32,000 nucleotides of DNA from Mycobacterium tuberculosis H37Rv (lineage in GTDB: Bacteria > Actinomycetota > Actinomycetes > Mycobacteriales > Mycobacteriaceae). Position numbers and translations under genes: made by a program. The notes below the pieces were generated by a model. That model saw only the letters and a list, made by a program, of their open reading frames with translations. It did no database searches and was not told the origin of the DNA. Positions 21,815-31,420 of this stretch are shown here, one piece after another (within the stretch, counting starts at the first letter, position 1; each line of letters begins with the position of its first letter). Location of the stretch: assembly GCF_000195955.2 (NCBI RefSeq), contig NC_000962.3, positions 4,140,001-4,172,000 of the forward strand, in the 5' to 3' direction.

Positions 21815-22258
21815 TCAGGCGTCACCCTCGAGTTCGGTCTTGAGGTTGGACAGCACCTCGGCCTGGATCTTCTTCAGCCCTAGCGGCGCAAAGGTCTTCT
21901 CGAAGAAACCCTTGACCCCGCCCGCGCCGGTCCAGGTGGTCTTCACCGTGACGCTGGAACCGGGTCCGGCGGGAGCGACCGTCCAGTTGGTGACCATGGA
22001 CGAATTCATGTCCTTCTCGATGACGGTGTGCCCGGCAACGTCCACGTTCACCTGCACATCGCGAACACGCGACTGCGTCGCCTGCAGCCGCCACTTGGCG
22101 ACTGTGCCCCGCCCCTTGCCGCCCTCGAGCACCTGGTACTCGCTGTAGTGCGGGGACAGGATTTTAGGACGGACGGTCTCATAGTCGGCCAGCGCGTCGA
22201 GTGTGGCCGTGGGCTCAGCATTGATCAAGATCGTGCTGGCTGCGCTCACCTGTCCCAT
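21815..22258 (-). CDS. SRPBCC-fold (polyketide cyclase/START-like) protein
   Basis: 147 aa MGQVSAASTILINAEPTATLDALADYETVRPKILSPHYSEYQVLEGGKGRGTVAKWRL. Confidence 0.82.
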   Translation of the reverse strand: MGQVSAASTILINAEPTATLDALADYETVRPKILSPHYSEYQVLEGGKGRGTVAKWRLQATQSRVRDVQVNVDVAGHTVIEKDMNSSMVTNWTVAPAGPGSSVTVKTTWTGAGGVKGFFEKTFAPLGLKKIQAEVLSNLKTELEGDA

Positions 22259-22305
22259 CAGGGCCGGACTCCTTCGTTTGTGATTGCTGCACCGCCCGCA
22301 CCCGG

Positions 22306-23718
22306 ATGCAGGGGCAGTTGTCGAGGACTAGGGTATATACGGTGCCTGTCCCTGGATCTGCACAGTCGGCTTACGCCTGCGGCGTCGAGCGGTTGCTGGC
22401 GAGCTATCGATCCATCCCCGCGACTGCATCCATCCGGCTTGCCAAGCCCACCTCAAATCTGTTCCGCGCCCGCGTCAAACACGATGCACGCGGCCTGGAC
22501 GCATCGGGACTGACCGGTGTCATCGGTATCGATCCCGAGGCCCGCACCGCCGACGTGGCCGGCATGTGCACATACGAGGACCTAATCGCCGCGACACTGC
22601 ACTACGGTCTGTCACCATTGGTGGTTCCGCAGCTGAGGACGATCACATTGGGCGGAGCGGTCACCGGCTTGGGTATCGAGTCGGCGTCGTTCCGCAACGG
22701 CCTGCCCCACGAGTCGGTGCTGGAGATGGATATCCTCACCGGCGCAGGAGAACTTCTCACCGTCTCGCCCGGACAGCACTCCGACTTGTACCGTGCATTC
22801 CCTAACTCGTATGGGACACTGGGCTATTCAACCCGGCTTCGAATCCAGCTGGAGCCGGTCCGGCCGTTTGTCGCGCTGCGGCACATCCGATTTAGCTCGT
22901 TGACGGCGATGGTGGCCGCAATGGAGCGCATCATCGACACCGGCGGACTGGACGGCGAATCGGTGGACTATCTCGACGGGGTGGTTTTCAGCGCTGACGA
23001 AAGCTACCTGTGCATCGGCATGCAGACGAGCGTACCGGGCCCGGTCAGCGACTACACCGGACAAGACATCTACTACCGGTCGATCCAACACGAGGCGGGG
23101 ATCAAGGAAGACCGGTTGACCATCCACGATTACTTCTGGCGCTGGGACACCGATTGGTTCTGGTGCTCACGATCGTTTGGTGCCCAAAACCCGCGGCTGC
23201 GCCGCTGGTGGCCGCGGCGCTACCGGCGTAGCAGTGTCTACTGGAGGTTGATGGCGCTCGATCAGCGCTTCGGGATCGCCGACCGGTTCGAGAACAGCAG
23301 GGGTCGTCCCGCGCGTGAACGGGTGGTGCAGGATATCGAAGTGCCGATCGAACGGACCTGCGAGTTTCTGGAGTGGTTCGGGGAAAACGTGCCCATTTCG
23401 CCAATCTGGTTGTGCCCGTTGCGGCTACGCGATCACGCCGGCTGGCCGCTGTACCCGATCCGGCCTGACCGTAGCTATGTCAACATCGGGTTCTGGTCGT
23501 CGGTGCCGGTTGGCGCCACCGAGGGCGCCACCAACCGCAAGATCGAGAACAAGGTGAGTGCGCTCGACGGGCACAAGTCGCTCTACTCCGACTCCTTCTA
23601 TACCCGCGAGGAGTTCGACGAGCTCTACGGCGGCGAGACTTACAACACTGTGAAGAAAGCCTACGATCCCGATTCGCGTCTCCTCGATCTTTACGCAAAG
23701 GCGGTGCAACGACGATGA
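22306..23718 (+). CDS. FAD-binding oxidoreductase (VAO/DHCR24-like)
   Basis: 470 aa; GVIGIDPEARTADVAGMCTYEDLIAATLHYGLSPLVVPQLRTITLGGAVTGLGIESASFRNGLPHESVLEMDILTGAGEL PCMH-type FAD domain. Confidence 0.88.
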   Translation: MQGQLSRTRVYTVPVPGSAQSAYACGVERLLASYRSIPATASIRLAKPTSNLFRARVKHDARGLDASGLTGVIGIDPEARTADVAGMCTYEDLIAATLHYGLSPLVVPQLRTITLGGAVTGLGIESASFRNGLPHESVLEMDILTGAGELLTVSPGQHSDLYRAFPNSYGTLGYSTRLRIQLEPVRPFVALRHIRFSSLTAMVAAMERIIDTGGLDGESVDYLDGVVFSADESYLCIGMQTSVPGPVSDYTGQDIYYRSIQHEAGIKEDRLTIHDYFWRWDTDWFWCSRSFGAQNPRLRRWWPRRYRRSSVYWRLMALDQRFGIADRFENSRGRPARERVVQDIEVPIERTCEFLEWFGENVPISPIWLCPLRLRDHAGWPLYPIRPDRSYVNIGFWSSVPVGATEGATNRKIENKVSALDGHKSLYSDSFYTREEFDELYGGETYNTVKKAYDPDSRLLDLYAKAVQRR

Positions 23719-23735
23719 CAACGGGCAGACTCAGC

Positions 23736-24998
23736 ATGGCCGAGATCCTGGAGATCTTCACCGCGACCGGGCAACACCCGCTGAAGTTCACCGCGTATGA
23801 CGGCAGCACCGCGGGACAAGACGACGCCACACTGGGCCTGGATCTTCGGACGCCCCGCGGCGCCACCTACTTAGCTACCGCTCCCGGCGAACTCGGCCTG
23901 GCCCGCGCTTATGTGTCGGGTGACCTACAGGCACACGGAGTACATCCCGGCGATCCGTACGAACTGCTCAAAACGCTGACCGAAAGGGTCGACTTCAAAC
24001 GGCCGTCGGCGCGGGTGCTGGCTAATGTGGTGCGCTCGATCGGCGTTGAGCACATACTGCCCATCGCGCCGCCACCCCAGGAGGCGCGACCCCGGTGGCG
24101 TCGAATGGCTAATGGCTTGCTGCACAGCAAGACCCGTGACGCCGAGGCTATCCATCACCACTACGACGTCTCCAACAACTTCTACGAGTGGGTGCTCGGG
24201 CCATCGATGACCTACACGTGCGCGGTGTTTCCGAACGCTGAGGCTTCGCTGGAGCAGGCCCAAGAGAACAAATACCGACTCATTTTCGAAAAGCTACGGC
24301 TAGAGCCGGGTGACCGGCTACTCGACGTCGGCTGCGGCTGGGGCGGCATGGTGCGCTACGCCGCCCGACGCGGTGTCCGGGTGATCGGCGCCACGCTCTC
24401 GGCCGAGCAGGCCAAGTGGGGCCAGAAAGCAGTCGAGGACGAGGGATTGAGCGACCTCGCGCAGGTGCGGCATTCCGACTACCGCGACGTAGCCGAGACC
24501 GGTTTCGACGCCGTTTCTTCGATCGGGCTAACCGAGCACATCGGCGTCAAGAATTACCCGTTCTACTTCGGGTTTCTCAAGTCGAAGTTGCGCACCGGCG
24601 GCTTGCTGCTCAATCACTGCATCACCCGCCACGACAACAGGTCGACGTCCTTTGCCGGCGGGTTCACCGACCGTTACGTTTTCCCCGACGGGGAGCTGAC
24701 GGGCTCGGGACGTATTACCACCGAGATCCAGCAGGTCGGCTTGGAAGTGCTGCACGAGGAGAACTTCCGCCATCACTACGCGATGACGCTGCGCGACTGG
24801 TGCGGCAACCTCGTCGAACACTGGGACGACGCGGTCGCCGAGGTCGGTCTGCCGACCGCCAAGGTGTGGGGCCTGTACATGGCGGCTTCGCGGGTGGCCT
24901 TCGAACGAAACAACCTGCAGCTACATCACGTATTGGCGACCAAGGTGGACCCCCGGGGCGACGACAGCTTGCCACTGCGGCCCTGGTGGCAGCCCTAG
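23736..24998 (+). CDS. Cyclopropane-fatty-acyl-phospholipid synthase family methyltransferase
   Basis: ORF 23715..24998; HYDVSNNFYEWVLGPSMTYTCAVF, DRLLDVGCGWGGMVRYAARRGVRVIGATLSAEQAKW, SIGLTEHIG. The upstream in-frame ATG at 23715 overlaps the oxidoreductase stop (ATGA). Confidence 0.9.
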   Translation: MAEILEIFTATGQHPLKFTAYDGSTAGQDDATLGLDLRTPRGATYLATAPGELGLARAYVSGDLQAHGVHPGDPYELLKTLTERVDFKRPSARVLANVVRSIGVEHILPIAPPPQEARPRWRRMANGLLHSKTRDAEAIHHHYDVSNNFYEWVLGPSMTYTCAVFPNAEASLEQAQENKYRLIFEKLRLEPGDRLLDVGCGWGGMVRYAARRGVRVIGATLSAEQAKWGQKAVEDEGLSDLAQVRHSDYRDVAETGFDAVSSIGLTEHIGVKNYPFYFGFLKSKLRTGGLLLNHCITRHDNRSTSFAGGFTDRYVFPDGELTGSGRITTEIQQVGLEVLHEENFRHHYAMTLRDWCGNLVEHWDDAVAEVGLPTAKVWGLYMAASRVAFERNNLQLHHVLATKVDPRGDDSLPLRPWWQP

Positions 24999-26731
24999 GC
25001 GTTGTCTATCCGGCGCGCGCCCAGCTCGTTCTGCAGCAGCTCGAGTGCAACCTCTTCCGGGTCGCGACGCGGCGACGGGTCGCCACGGCCGGCTTCGGCG
25101 AGCATGTGCTCCTCTTCGTCGCGCTGAGTGGAATTCGCTGTGGGGGCAGGGTTTACGGCCTTGGCGGTCGCCACGTTCGCTCCCCCGCCGACGGGTGATG
25201 CCGCCGCAGCCGGTTCACCGGTCTCACACCGCACCCGCCAGTTGACTCCCAGCGCGTCTTTAAGCGCCTCGGCGAGGACATCGGCGTTGCGCTGTTCGGA
25301 CAGCCGCCGCGCCAGCGGCGCCGATTCGTGGGTCAGCACCAGCGTGTTGTCCTCTAGCGCACGGACGGTGGCACCCGCCAGCATCACCTCGGTGGTACGG
25401 CTGCGCAGGCGCACCTTGTCGCGCACCGTCGGCCACATGGACCGAACCGCGGCCACGGTGGGTTCGCTCGAGGCCGGTGTGGGGGCCAGCACCGGTCTCG
25501 GTTCACGCGCGGGCTGGTGTTTCGGCTCGGCAGCCGCAGCCGACGGGCGTGGTACGGCTTGCGGCGCCGGGATCGACATGTCCAACCGGGTCTCGATCCG
25601 TTCGACCCGCTGCAACAGTGCCGATTCGGCGTCGCTCGCCGAGGGCAGCAGCAGTCGCGCGCAAACCACTTCCAGCAGCAGACGCGGCGCGGTCGCACCG
25701 CGCATCTCGCCTAGCCCGGCCTGCACCACCTCGGCATATCGGGTCAGGGTCGCCCGCCCGATCCGGGCGGCTTGCTCGCGCATCCGATCCAGCGCGTCTT
25801 CGGGCGCATCCACCACCCCGCGAGATGCCGCGTCGGGAACCGATTGCAGCACAATCAGGTCGCGGAATCGCTCCAGCAGATCGGTAGCGAAACGCCGAGG
25901 GTCATGTCCGCCATCGATCACCGATTCGATCGCCCCGAACAATGCGGCCGCATCGCAAGCGGCCAGTGCGTCGACCGCGTCGTCGATCAGGGCGACGTCG
26001 GTGACACCCAGCAGCCCCAGCGCCCGGGTGTAGGTCACGTGGGTGTCCGCGGCCCCAGCCAGCAATTGGTCCAGCACCGAGAGCGTATCCCGTGGGGAAC
26101 CTCCGCCGGCCCGGATCACCAACGGGTACACCGCATCGTCGACGACGACGCCCTCCTGCTCGCAGATCCGCGCGAGCAACGCCCGCATAGTGCGCGGCGG
26201 CAGCAGCCGGAACGGGTAGTGATGAGTGCGCGACCGAATCGTCGGCAGTACCTTCTCCGGTTCGGTGGTGGCGAATATGAAGATCAGGTGTTCGGGCGGT
26301 TCCTCCACGATCTTGAGCAGCGCGTTGAATCCCGCGGTGGTCACCATGTGCGCCTCGTCGACGATAAATACCCGGTACCGTGACTGGACCGGCGCATAGA
26401 ACGCGCGGTCCCGCAGCTCGCGGGTGTCGTCCACGCCGCCGTGGCTGGCGGCATCCAGCTCTACCACGTCGATGCTGCCGGGGGCGTTGGGCGCCAACGA
26501 AACGCAGGATTCGCAGACCCCGCACGGGTTGGCGGTAGGGCCCTGCGCACAGTTCAACGACCGCGCCAGGATACGCGCTGACGACGTCTTTCCGCAGCCA
26601 CGCGGCCCAGAGAACAGGTACGCGTGGTTGATCCGGCCGGCATCCAGCGCCACCGACAGCGGCGCGGTGACGTGCTCCTGCCCCACCACCTCCGCGAAGC
26701 TTGCCGGTCGGTACTTGCGGTAGAGAGCCAC
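24995..26731 (-). CDS. dnaX: DNA polymerase III subunits gamma/tau
   Basis: 578 aa MALYRKYRPASFAEVVGQEHVTAPLSVALDAGRINHAYLFSGPRGCGKTSSARILARSLNC. Confidence 0.98.
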   Translation of the reverse strand: MALYRKYRPASFAEVVGQEHVTAPLSVALDAGRINHAYLFSGPRGCGKTSSARILARSLNCAQGPTANPCGVCESCVSLAPNAPGSIDVVELDAASHGGVDDTRELRDRAFYAPVQSRYRVFIVDEAHMVTTAGFNALLKIVEEPPEHLIFIFATTEPEKVLPTIRSRTHHYPFRLLPPRTMRALLARICEQEGVVVDDAVYPLVIRAGGGSPRDTLSVLDQLLAGAADTHVTYTRALGLLGVTDVALIDDAVDALAACDAAALFGAIESVIDGGHDPRRFATDLLERFRDLIVLQSVPDAASRGVVDAPEDALDRMREQAARIGRATLTRYAEVVQAGLGEMRGATAPRLLLEVVCARLLLPSASDAESALLQRVERIETRLDMSIPAPQAVPRPSAAAAEPKHQPAREPRPVLAPTPASSEPTVAAVRSMWPTVRDKVRLRSRTTEVMLAGATVRALEDNTLVLTHESAPLARRLSEQRNADVLAEALKDALGVNWRVRCETGEPAAAASPVGGGANVATAKAVNPAPTANSTQRDEEEHMLAEAGRGDPSPRRDPEEVALELLQNELGARRIDNA

Positions 26732-26820
26732 GTCAGCAGGCTACCGACCCTAGGCGACGAGTGTGTTCGCAGCGTCGAATGTGAACGTTCGGCGTGATTT
26801 CGGCGCGCGGGTTCCCGCTC

Positions 26821-28176
<1,356 letters not shown>

Positions 28177-28189
28177 TCAGTGCCCCGGC

Positions 28190-28286
28190 TGAAGGGGACC
28201 CCGCGCACCCGACAGAGCCCGTTGACCCTTGCTGCCTTCCAGCCCTGGGGGAGTTCACAGGATAGACGCCGCGCGGGGTCCACCGT
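28190..28286 (-). ncRNA. ffs: Small bacterial SRP RNA (4.5S-type)
   Basis: Reverse complement has the SRP apical domain GAACTCCCCCAGGGCTGGAAGGCAGCAAGGGTCAAC, closed by GGACCCCGCG/CGCGGGGTCC (28272-28281 with 28197-28206). Exact ends approximate. Confidence 0.9.
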
Positions 28287-28344
28287 GAGTCTAATACCTG
28301 GGCTGGAACGCCCGGGACGGACTCAGCGGGCTACCATATGCTGC

Positions 28345-28433
28345 GGAGGATTCGCCTAGTGGCCTATGGCGCTCGCCTGGAACGCGGGTTGGGTTAACAG
28401 CCCTCGCGGGTTCAAATCCCGCATCCTCCGCCA
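28345..28433 (+). tRNA. tRNA-Ser (anticodon GGA), CCA encoded
   Basis: Acceptor GGAGGAT/ATCCTCC, anticodon arm CTCGC-CTGGAAC-GCGGG with GGA, long class II variable arm, T arm GCGGG-TTCAAAT-CCCGC, 3' GCCA. Confidence 0.95.
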
Positions 28434-28446
28434 GGTGGTCCGCAGC

Positions 28447-28482
28447 GCGGACGGGAACGCGGACGGGAACGCGGACGGGAAC
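28447..28482 (+). repeat. 12-bp tandem repeat x3 (gcggacgggaac) just downstream of tRNA-Ser
   Basis: Three perfect units at 28447, 28459 and 28471. Confidence 0.95.
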
Positions 28483-28535
28483 AATGTGGGCTGGTCGGCT
28501 TCTCACCGGCTCGGTTCACCAGCCTAAGGAGGGGT

Positions 28536-29300
28536 ATGGGGCGCAAGGTCGCCGTGCTGTGGCACGCGTCGTTTTCGATTGGCGCCGGCGTCCTCTACTT
28601 CTATTTCGTATTGCCCCGTTGGCCTGAGCTGATGGGTGACACCGGACACTCGCTGGGGACTGGGCTCCGGATTGCCACGGGCGCGTTGGTCGGTCTGGCC
28701 GCACTGCCGGTGGTATTCACTTTGCTGCGCACCCGCAAGCCGGAGCTGGGCACCCCGCAGCTGGCGCTGTCAATGCGAATCTGGTCGATCATGGCTCACG
28801 TGCTGGCCGGCGCGCTGATCGTCGGCACCGCGATTAGCGAGGTCTGGCTCAGCCTGGATGCCGCCGGGCAGTGGTTGTTCGGGATCTACGGAGCTGCCGC
28901 CGCGATCGCGGTGCTCGGGTTCTTCGGGTTCTACCTGTCGTTTGTCGCCGAGCTGCCGCCGCCACCGCCGAAGCCGCTCAAGCCGAAGAAACCCAAGCAG
29001 CGACGCCTTCGCCGCAAGAAGACGGCCAAGGGCGACGAGGCTGAGCCGGAAGCCGCCGAAGAAGCCGAGAACACGGAGCTGGCGGCGCAGGAGGACGAGG
29101 AGGCCGTCGAAGCTCCCCCGGAAAGCATAGAAAGCCCGGGAGGTGAACCCGAGTCGGCGACCCGGGAAGCTCCGGCAGCAGAGACCGCCACCGCCGAGGA
29201 GCCCCGGGGCGGGTTACGGAATCGCCGCCCCACCGGCAAAACCTCACATCGACGCCGGCGCACTCGCAGCGGTGTCCAGGTCGCCAAGGTCGACGAATAG
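28536..29300 (+). CDS. lucA: Multi-pass membrane protein with charged C-terminal tail, LucA (lipid uptake coordinator)
   Basis: 254 aa; four hydrophobic segments then KPKKPKQRRLRRKKTAKGDEAEPEAAEEAE tail. Assignment rests on recalled gene identity and order. Confidence 0.8.
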   Translation: MGRKVAVLWHASFSIGAGVLYFYFVLPRWPELMGDTGHSLGTGLRIATGALVGLAALPVVFTLLRTRKPELGTPQLALSMRIWSIMAHVLAGALIVGTAISEVWLSLDAAGQWLFGIYGAAAAIAVLGFFGFYLSFVAELPPPPPKPLKPKKPKQRRLRRKKTAKGDEAEPEAAEEAENTELAAQEDEEAVEAPPESIESPGGEPESATREAPAAETATAEEPRGGLRNRRPTGKTSHRRRRTRSGVQVAKVDE

Positions 29301-29415
29301 CCGCGGTCAGGTGCTGTAGCGGCGGCTGTGAACCCTGCGACGCAATGTCGGCGTGTCACGTTGTCGGATTCACTGTCGCCGGCTAGCGCTTTCCCGTCAG
29401 AAGACGAGAAGCCTC

Positions 29416-29444
29416 CCCGATCTCCAACTAGCATCGAGATCGGG
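29416..29444. promoter_or_regulatory. Perfect 9-bp inverted repeat cccgatctc-N11-gagatcggg upstream of the cutinase gene
   Basis: Arms 29416-29424 and 29436-29444; 22 nt before the cutinase ATG at 29467. Confidence 0.55.
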
Positions 29445-29466
29445 CTTGCGAAGGTTGGGTTGCAAA

Positions 29467-30169
29467 ATGGATGTCATCAGATGGGCTCGCCGGCTTGCGG
29501 TGGTGGCGGGCACAGCAGCGGCAGTGACCACTCCTGGGCTACTGAGTGCGCACGTTCCGATGGTCTCCGCCGAACCGTGTCCCGACGTCGAGGTGGTGTT
29601 TGCCCGTGGCACCGGGGAGCCACCTGGTATTGGCAGCGTCGGAGGACTGTTCGTCGACGCACTGCGTTTCCCAGGTTGGCGCCAAGTCACTCGGGGTCTA
29701 CGCCGTTAACTACCCCGCCAGTAACGACTTTGCCAGCAGCGACTTCCCTAAGACGGTCATCGACGGAATTCGCGACGCGGGCTCTCATATCCAGTCAATG
29801 GCGATGAGCTGTCCCCAGACCAGGCAAGTGCTCGGTGGATACTCCCAAGGTGCGGCCGTGGCCGGTTATGTCACCTCGGCTGTGGTACCGCCGGCTGTAC
29901 CCGTGCAGGCGGTACCGGCACCGATGGCCCCGGAGGTAGCAAACCACGTCGCCGCGGTCACTCTGTTCGGCGCACCGTCGGCTCAATTCCTGGGCCAGTA
30001 CGGCGCGCCGCCGATAGCCATCGGTCCCCTGTACCAGCCGAAAACGCTTCAGTTGTGTGCCGATGGCGACTCGATTTGTGGCGACGGCAACAGCCCGGTC
30101 GCGCATGGCCTGTACGCGGTGAACGGCATGGTAGGCCAGGGCGCGAATTTCGCCGCCAGCCGCCTGTAG
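29467..30169 (+). pseudogene. cut5: Cutinase-family esterase split by a one-base frameshift
   Basis: Frame 1 (29467..29709) gives signal peptide plus [32 protein letters not shown]; frame 2 (to 30169) continues [21 protein letters not shown]...GGYSQGAAVAGY...HGLY. Removing one T at 29667-29669 gives a 233-aa intact cutinase. Confidence 0.85.
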
Positions 30170-30213
30170 CCAGAACTGCGCTGCCACCCCAGCGAGAGCT
30201 GGGCGGTGATCCA

Positions 30214-31143
30214 ATGCAGAATGCCACCATGCGCGTTCTGGTCACCGGCGGTACGGGATTTGTGGGCGGGTGGACTGCCAAAGCCATCGCTGACGCGGGC
30301 CACTCCGTCCGGTTCCTGGTGCGAAATCCCGCACGGCTGAAGACGTCTGTCGCGAAACTGGGCGTCGACGTGTCGGACTTTGCGGTTGCAGACATATCCG
30401 ACCGCGATTCGGTACGGGAGGCGTTGAACGGATGCGACGCCGTCGTGCACAGCGCCGCGCTGGTGGCAACCGACCCGCGTGAGACTTCGCGGATGCTGAG
30501 TACGAACATGGCGGGCGCCCAAAATGTTCTCGGTCAAGCCGTCGAGCTCGGAATGGATCCGATCGTGCATGTGTCGAGCTTCACGGCGCTGTTTCGTCCC
30601 AACTTGGCGACGCTGAGCGCTGATCTGCCGGTTGCCGGTGGGACGGATGGATACGGACAATCCAAAGCGCAGATCGAAATCTATGCGCGCGGTCTTCAGG
30701 ACGCCGGCGCACCGGTGAACATCACTTATCCTGGCATGGTCCTCGGCCCGCCGGTGGGCGATCAATTCGGTGAAGCCGGGGAGGGTGTCCGGTCCGCATT
30801 GTGGATGCATGTCATTCCCGGGCGCGGCGCGGCGTGGTTGATCGTCGACGTCCGAGATGTGGCGGCACTGCACGCGGCGTTGTTGGAATCCGGGCGTGGG
30901 CCGCGCCGCTACACTGCGGGAGGTCATCGGATTCCGGTGCCCGAGCTCGCGAAAATTCTGGGCGGGTCGCCGGCACCACGATGCTGGCCGTCCCGGTGCC
31001 CGATTCCGCGCTGCGTGTCGCGGGATCGGTGCTGGATCAAGCCGGGCCCTATCTGCCTTTCAATACTCCGTTCACCGCGGCAGGTATGCAGTACTACACA
31101 CAGATGCCGGAGTCCGACGATTCGCCGAGCGAAAAAGAACTAG
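30214..31143 (+). CDS. Extended/atypical SDR (NAD-dependent epimerase-like) oxidoreductase, C-terminus altered by an apparent frameshift
   Basis: 309 aa MQNATMRVLVTGGTGFVGGWTAKAIADAGHSVRFLVRNPARL; homologous-looking C-terminus continues in another frame to 31214. Confidence 0.85.
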   Translation: MQNATMRVLVTGGTGFVGGWTAKAIADAGHSVRFLVRNPARLKTSVAKLGVDVSDFAVADISDRDSVREALNGCDAVVHSAALVATDPRETSRMLSTNMAGAQNVLGQAVELGMDPIVHVSSFTALFRPNLATLSADLPVAGGTDGYGQSKAQIEIYARGLQDAGAPVNITYPGMVLGPPVGDQFGEAGEGVRSALWMHVIPGRGAAWLIVDVRDVAALHAALLESGRGPRRYTAGGHRIPVPELAKILGGSPAPRCWPSRCPIPRCVSRDRCWIKPGPICLSILRSPRQVCSTTHRCRSPTIRRAKKN

Positions 31144-31210
31144 GCATCACCTACCGCGATCCGCGCGACACCGTGGCCGACACCGTCACGGCCCTGCGCG
31201 GCCTGGGCAG

Positions 31211-31357
31211 CTAACTGCCGTCGGGAGGTTCCGCCGGTTCCGCGTCGGGGCGCGAATTCTTCAACCACTGCTTCAGCCGGAGCAGTTCGTTGACGACGAT
31301 GCCGACGCCCAGGAGGATGACCAGCGTCACCACAATAGCGGTGGCCACGTAGTCCAT
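31211..31357 (-). CDS. Small single-TM protein (48 aa)
   Basis: MDYVATAIVVTLVILLGVGIVVNELLRLKQWLKNSRPDAEPAEPPDGS* from ATG at 31357; clear hydrophobic segment followed by a basic/charged tail. Confidence 0.5.
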   Translation of the reverse strand: MDYVATAIVVTLVILLGVGIVVNELLRLKQWLKNSRPDAEPAEPPDGS

Positions 31358-31420
31358 GGTGACAGCCCCGCCACGGCGCACGTTCAGGCCGCTTGCTGTC
31401 GGATCGAGAGGACCTACGCG

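Noticed and set aside
25128-26033. 301-aa plus-strand ORF antisense to dnaX
   Set aside because: Shadow ORF in high-GC DNA, rich in Ser/Arg/Ala, no recognisable domain, fully covered by an unambiguous dnaX.
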